From positions 2,784,001 through 2,848,000 of the forward strand of contig OY970067.1 in NCBI GenBank assembly GCA_963705305.1: a stretch of DNA of 64,000 nucleotides, in the 5' to 3' direction. A program made the translations under genes and the position numbers. The notes below the pieces were generated by a model. It saw nothing but the letters and a program-made list of their open reading frames with translations, was not told the origin of the DNA and searched no databases. Below are positions 60,149 to 64,000 of the stretch, piece by piece (position 1 is the first letter of the stretch; every line of letters starts with the position of its first letter). The DNA comes from an uncultured Methylomirabilota bacterium. GTDB taxonomy: Bacteria; Methylomirabilota; Methylomirabilia; Methylomirabilales; 2-02-FULL-66-22.

Positions 60149-60610
60149 GTTACTGTGTGGTGTCCCGTGGGCGAAGCCCCCGCCCGCTGCCGTTCTGGAG
60201 TTCCCGGAGCCGGGCCCCCGCGATCAGGCCAATGACCTTCGCCTCGTCGCTGGCGTCAGCCGCCTGGGAGGCGCGCACGAGGCCCGCTTCATCTGTTGGT
60301 GCAGTGCAGCCCTTTTCGACCGCTCAGCCGCTGAGCGCCCAGTTGACCGACCCCTCGGGCTCCGCCGTGTAGCCCATGTACGTCGCGAGCTCTGGGGGGT
60401 GCCCGGCTCGGTGCAGCGGGCGAACACTGTCACGGCGACCATGGCCCCCTGGGCCCAGGCGAACCTCTCCACGCTGCCCGCCGCGAAACCCTGACGCCAC
60501 TCCGCGATCGTTTGTTCAGCTGTGGGCTTCGGCTCGGCCACCGAGGCCGCGGACCCGGCGAGGACCACCGCGCTGACGACGACCAGGACGGCCACCGTGC
60601 TGTTCCTCAT
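60149..60610 (-). pseudogene. Degraded secreted protein (Rap1a/Tai-immunity-like pattern)
   Basis: Signal peptide from ATG 60610; frameshift in the C6 run near 60394; in-frame TGA in the continuation (WALSG*AVEKGC). Confidence 0.4.
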
Positions 60611-60828
60611 CCCGCTCCCCCTCACGCCAGCACAATACAAGGGCCCTTGACCACACCGGGCCAAGGGCCTACGCTTGGAGTTGCGCCGCACCTGGTCCGA
60701 GCAGGTCGCGGTCAATTGGGGGGCCTCGTCGGTCGCACGGCGGCGCCCTTCGTATTGCTCGGGATGCTGTGACGCTACGCCTGAAGGACTGGGCCTGTCA
60801 AGCCTCCTGGTCGCGCCCTAATCTCCGG

Positions 60829-62412
60829 CTAAGCGGTGGCCAGCCGGGCGATCTTGCGCCGCGCCCGGACGAGCAAGGCGTGCTGCAGGGCGCCCGAGAG
60901 CCGCAAGAGCGTCCGTCGGGCATGCGCGACGACCTTCCCGACGGTGTTGAACAGCAGGAACCGGAGACGCTTCGGCCGGGCGGTCCGGAGATCTCCGGGT
61001 AAGGTCAACCGCTTGAGCGCGGTGAGCAGGTTGTAGGTGAGCACGTTCAGCCGGAACCAGGCGGCGTTCGCCCCGAACTTCCCACTGGGCAGCGCGGCGG
61101 CCGCCAGCTCGGTCTTGAGGACGTGATGGGTGTGCTCGATGGTCCCTGCTTTCTCCCGGTGCCACCGGAGGATCGTGAGCCCATCCTCCGGCCGATTGGT
61201 GACCACGGCGAAGTACTGCACGCTACTCCCGTCGGCGAAGAGGCTCCCCTGGCGTCGCTGGATACGCACCGCGAGGTAGCGGCGAACGCACGGCCGCGCC
61301 TTCCGGTGATCGCCATCCTCGGGGACGTAGGGGACTTCGGCCCAGGCCCGGATCGCCTCGGGCTCCTCCCGCTCGAGCTGCCAGGCGGCCGCGGGGAGGC
61401 GCCGGATCTCGGCCTGGAGCTGCGCGGACATATCGGCGCTAATCGCGTAGGCGATTTTCTTCTCCTCGCACCAGCGGAGGACCTCCGTCTCGTAGAGGGC
61501 GCTGTCGGCCCGCAGGGAGATGCGGTCCACGCCCTGGGGCAAGTTGGCCACCGCCTGTTCGAGGACGCGCACGTTGCCGCACCCGGCGGGCACCTGGCCA
61601 TCGCGGAACTGGTCGTGCACGATGACATCGTGCTCGGCCCAGAGGACCACGACGGGCTGGTAGCCCCGGGTCCCGTCGTAGGCCACGGTCGCCGCGTCCT
61701 TGTGGCTCTCGACGAGCGTCGCGTCCACATCCAGGGTGGCCGTCGCCGCCCGGGCCCCGCGCTGGACGCCCGCGACCAGCGTCCGGTTCGCCTGTCCGAG
61801 GCCCGCCAAGGGGGCGGACTCCAGGGGGACCGTGGCCGCGGGCCCGGCCACCCAGAGCGGCCCGTCCTCCACGTGGAAGGCCTCGAGGAAGTCCCGGACC
61901 GTGGTCGCGGCCTACCCGCTACACAAAGGTGTTGAAGATTCGTTTGTCAATAGGCGCGATTCCCCCGTGGTTACAGCGCATTCCGTCCTTTTCGGATTGG
62001 GCTGGCATCGAGGAAGATTTCCTCCCCGACAAGGCGTTCCGATTCGGTCAACCAATTCATGCTGTTACTAGCGAAACGCCGACCGTTATCAACACCTTTG
62101 TGTAACGGCTAGAGTCGCGGCCGGCAGGGGGTAGCCGAGCAGCGTGGCCAGGGCCTGATCCTCCCGGAGCGTCGTGAGGTCCTGGCAGCGGTCCCCGCCG
62201 CTCGTCCACAACGCGACGAGACTCTCCACGAGCTGCGAGGGGGGTAATCCGCGCTGCCGCTGCTTGACCGCAACGTGGGTGTCGACGGCCTGGGCCACCC
62301 CGAGCTGGCGGAACAGCTCGATCACGAGCGGGACCCCGGCCCGGCCCGTGACCAGCGTGGGGTCGATCGCGTCATCGATCTCGAACGGCAACCGGGGCGA
62401 GGTGTCGGGCAT
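60829..62412 (-). pseudogene. tnp: IS1380 transposase split by the MITE insertion
   Basis: Both fragments match the intact transposase translation at 21840-23213. Confidence 0.9.
61912..62112. mobile_element. 201-bp non-autonomous MITE
   Basis: 24-bp TIR CTA(C/G)CCG(C/T)TACACAAAGGTGTTGA (22/24); 9-bp TSD GGTCGCGGC/AGTCGCGGC; absent from IS copy 1. Confidence 0.9.
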
Positions 62413-63073
62413 CGCTCTCCTCCTTGTGGTGTTTGCACCCACTGGGTGAAACCAAGCAAGGCCGATGCCAACCCCGCGGGCCGCGCGCACTGCGGGCCGC
62501 TGCGTGATTCGCGATCCCCCTCAACTTCTTAGCCGGAGATTAGGGTCGCGTCCGTGCCCGACTCAGGATGCCCTGTTTCCCCGGCGTGGGACGGCATCCG
62601 GGCCGGGAAGGCTCCACGATCTCTCTCGGGTGGCTAGGTGGGGTAGCCGTCCAGACGGCTTCACCGTCGTCCAGCCCCTCGTTACCATGAGCCGCTCCTT
62701 TCGGTCTTCAGTTGCGCGGGGGCTGCCTCTCTGTGCGTCGATGTGCGATGATTTGATTTCAAACCCCGTCAGTTCGTGCTCCGGGAGCTCCCCGACTTAG
62801 CGCGAGGATGGGTCGGGCTCCTGGTTCCGTGGCCCCCCGGAGGGCGGCCTCCAGGAGCGCGCTGGAGTGCCCGCCACGAGTGAAATATACTCCCGCCTGC
62901 CCGGAGGGGCCTTTCGTCGGGAATCGCATTCGCGCCCGAGGGCCTCGGCCGAGCAGGGGCGTCAGGCCAGCAGACCTGGGCGCCCAGCGTGACGCAGTGT
63001 GCCCCTCCGGCTCGCATGGGGGGGGAGTCCCCGCAGGCGAGCGGCAAGACCGGAAAGACATGGAGGTGTGGCG

Positions 63074-63838
63074 ATGAGCAAACGTCTCGGGTGGGGAGTC
63101 GCGGTGGCCGTGCTCCTCCTCGTGGCCAGTCCCGTCCCCAGCCAGGCGCATGGACACGTCTTCATCGGCGTCACCGTTCCCCTCGGGGTGGGGCCGTGGG
63201 GATGGGGGGTGCCATACCCCTACTATGGCTATCCGTATTACCCCGCTCCCGCCGCGGTCGTCGCCCAGACCCCGCCCGTGTACGTGCAGCAGCCCCCGGC
63301 CCAGCAACCCGCCTACTGGTACTACTGCCCGAACCCCCCGGGCTACTACCCCTACGTCAAGGAGTGCCCGCCAGGCTGGATGACCGTGGCCCCGTCCCCG
63401 GCCGGCCAGCCCGGAACCCCGGCAGCGCCGTCCGGCGCTTTCGCCTACCAGGTGCCGTTCCTCACCCTCGTCCTGTCCCACGGGCAGGAATTGGGGCTCA
63501 CCCCGGACCAGCTCCAGAAGCTCCAGGAGCTGCGCACGGCCTTCGACAAGGAGGCGGTCGCCCGGGGCGCGCTCATCCGGGCGGCGCAGGGCGCCCTGAA
63601 CGCCCTCCTCGAGCAGGACCAGTGGGATCTGCCGGCCATCGACGCCAAAGTGCATGAGGTCGCCACCCTGCAGGCGGACCAGCAGTTCGCGGCGATCAAG
63701 ACGGTCGCGGCGGGGGAGGCGCTCCTCACGCCGGCGCAGCTGCAGAAACTGGACGCGATCGGGCAGTGGAGCCCGTCCCCGGGCGGCCCGAGACCCGGGC
63801 TTCCGGGGCCGGGTAGCCCGCCGCCCCTGCCGCAGTAG
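63074..63838 (+). CDS. Secreted Pro/Tyr-rich domain fused to a Spy/CpxP-like (LTxxQ) domain
   Basis: Signal peptide; YWYYCPNPPGYYPYVKECPPGW; LGLTPDQ and LLTPAQ motifs. Confidence 0.75.
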   Translation: MSKRLGWGVAVAVLLLVASPVPSQAHGHVFIGVTVPLGVGPWGWGVPYPYYGYPYYPAPAAVVAQTPPVYVQQPPAQQPAYWYYCPNPPGYYPYVKECPPGWMTVAPSPAGQPGTPAAPSGAFAYQVPFLTLVLSHGQELGLTPDQLQKLQELRTAFDKEAVARGALIRAAQGALNALLEQDQWDLPAIDAKVHEVATLQADQQFAAIKTVAAGEALLTPAQLQKLDAIGQWSPSPGGPRPGLPGPGSPPPLPQ

Positions 63839-64000
63839 GCCGTGCTGCTCCCCGTGAACAGGCGGGTCCCAGCGTATGAAGGGGAACCGTGCGTCCCCTC
63901 TGGCCCTTCGTCCTCCCCCGTGGCCCGCGCCGACAAAATGAGACCCACCGATCCGACGCGGGGAGCAGTCCGCTCAGAGGAGGGTGCGCCGAGCGGACTG

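Larger units (their letters stand above)
60816..62545 (-). mobile_element. IS1380-family IS, second copy, interrupted by a MITE
   Basis: Same terminal IRs as copy 1; 5-bp TSD TCGCG (60811-60815 / 62546-62550); 210 bp longer than copy 1. Confidence 0.95.

Overview
GC-rich bacterial chromosome segment from a diderm; the gene style suggests Methylomirabilota/NC10- or Nitrospirota-like, which is only an inference. From left to right: (1) 1-15863, a minus-strand Wzx/Wzy exopolysaccharide locus with four glycosyltransferases, a flippase, a Wzy/ligase, Wza and two Wzc paralogues. One Wzc carries an extra TM helix, a Pro-rich linker and a SPOR domain. A degenerate HD-GYP protein and an ExeA-like ATPase lie upstream. 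(2) 16424-19369, a speD-speE-Orn/Lys/Arg decarboxylase polyamine operon. (3) 19410-30709, an ~11.3 kb integrated P4/PICI-like satellite bounded by a 15-bp direct repeat that contains the -35 box of the secD promoter. It encodes an integrase, RHH and Xis-like proteins, a primase-polymerase/SF3 helicase with an iteron origin, a divergent ECF-like sigma factor, a DUF4258/MqsA-like TA pair, secreted proteins, and a signal-peptide-bearing tail-fibre-like gene split by IS1380. (4) 30832-55951, core genes secDF-recJ, gmhA-dac-LysM-dprA-topA-trmFO-xerC-hslVU-REC/GAF-argBDF-SDR-argGH-FN3 lipoprotein. (5) 56282-64000, an accessory patch with REC/PilZ genes, a pseudogene, and a second IS1380 copy interrupted by a 201-bp MITE. 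No tRNA, rRNA or CRISPR array was recognised. The most novel candidates are the capsid-less satellite with a secreted tail-fibre-like protein, the Wzc-SPOR fusion system, and an IS1380 with a sigma54-type promoter.
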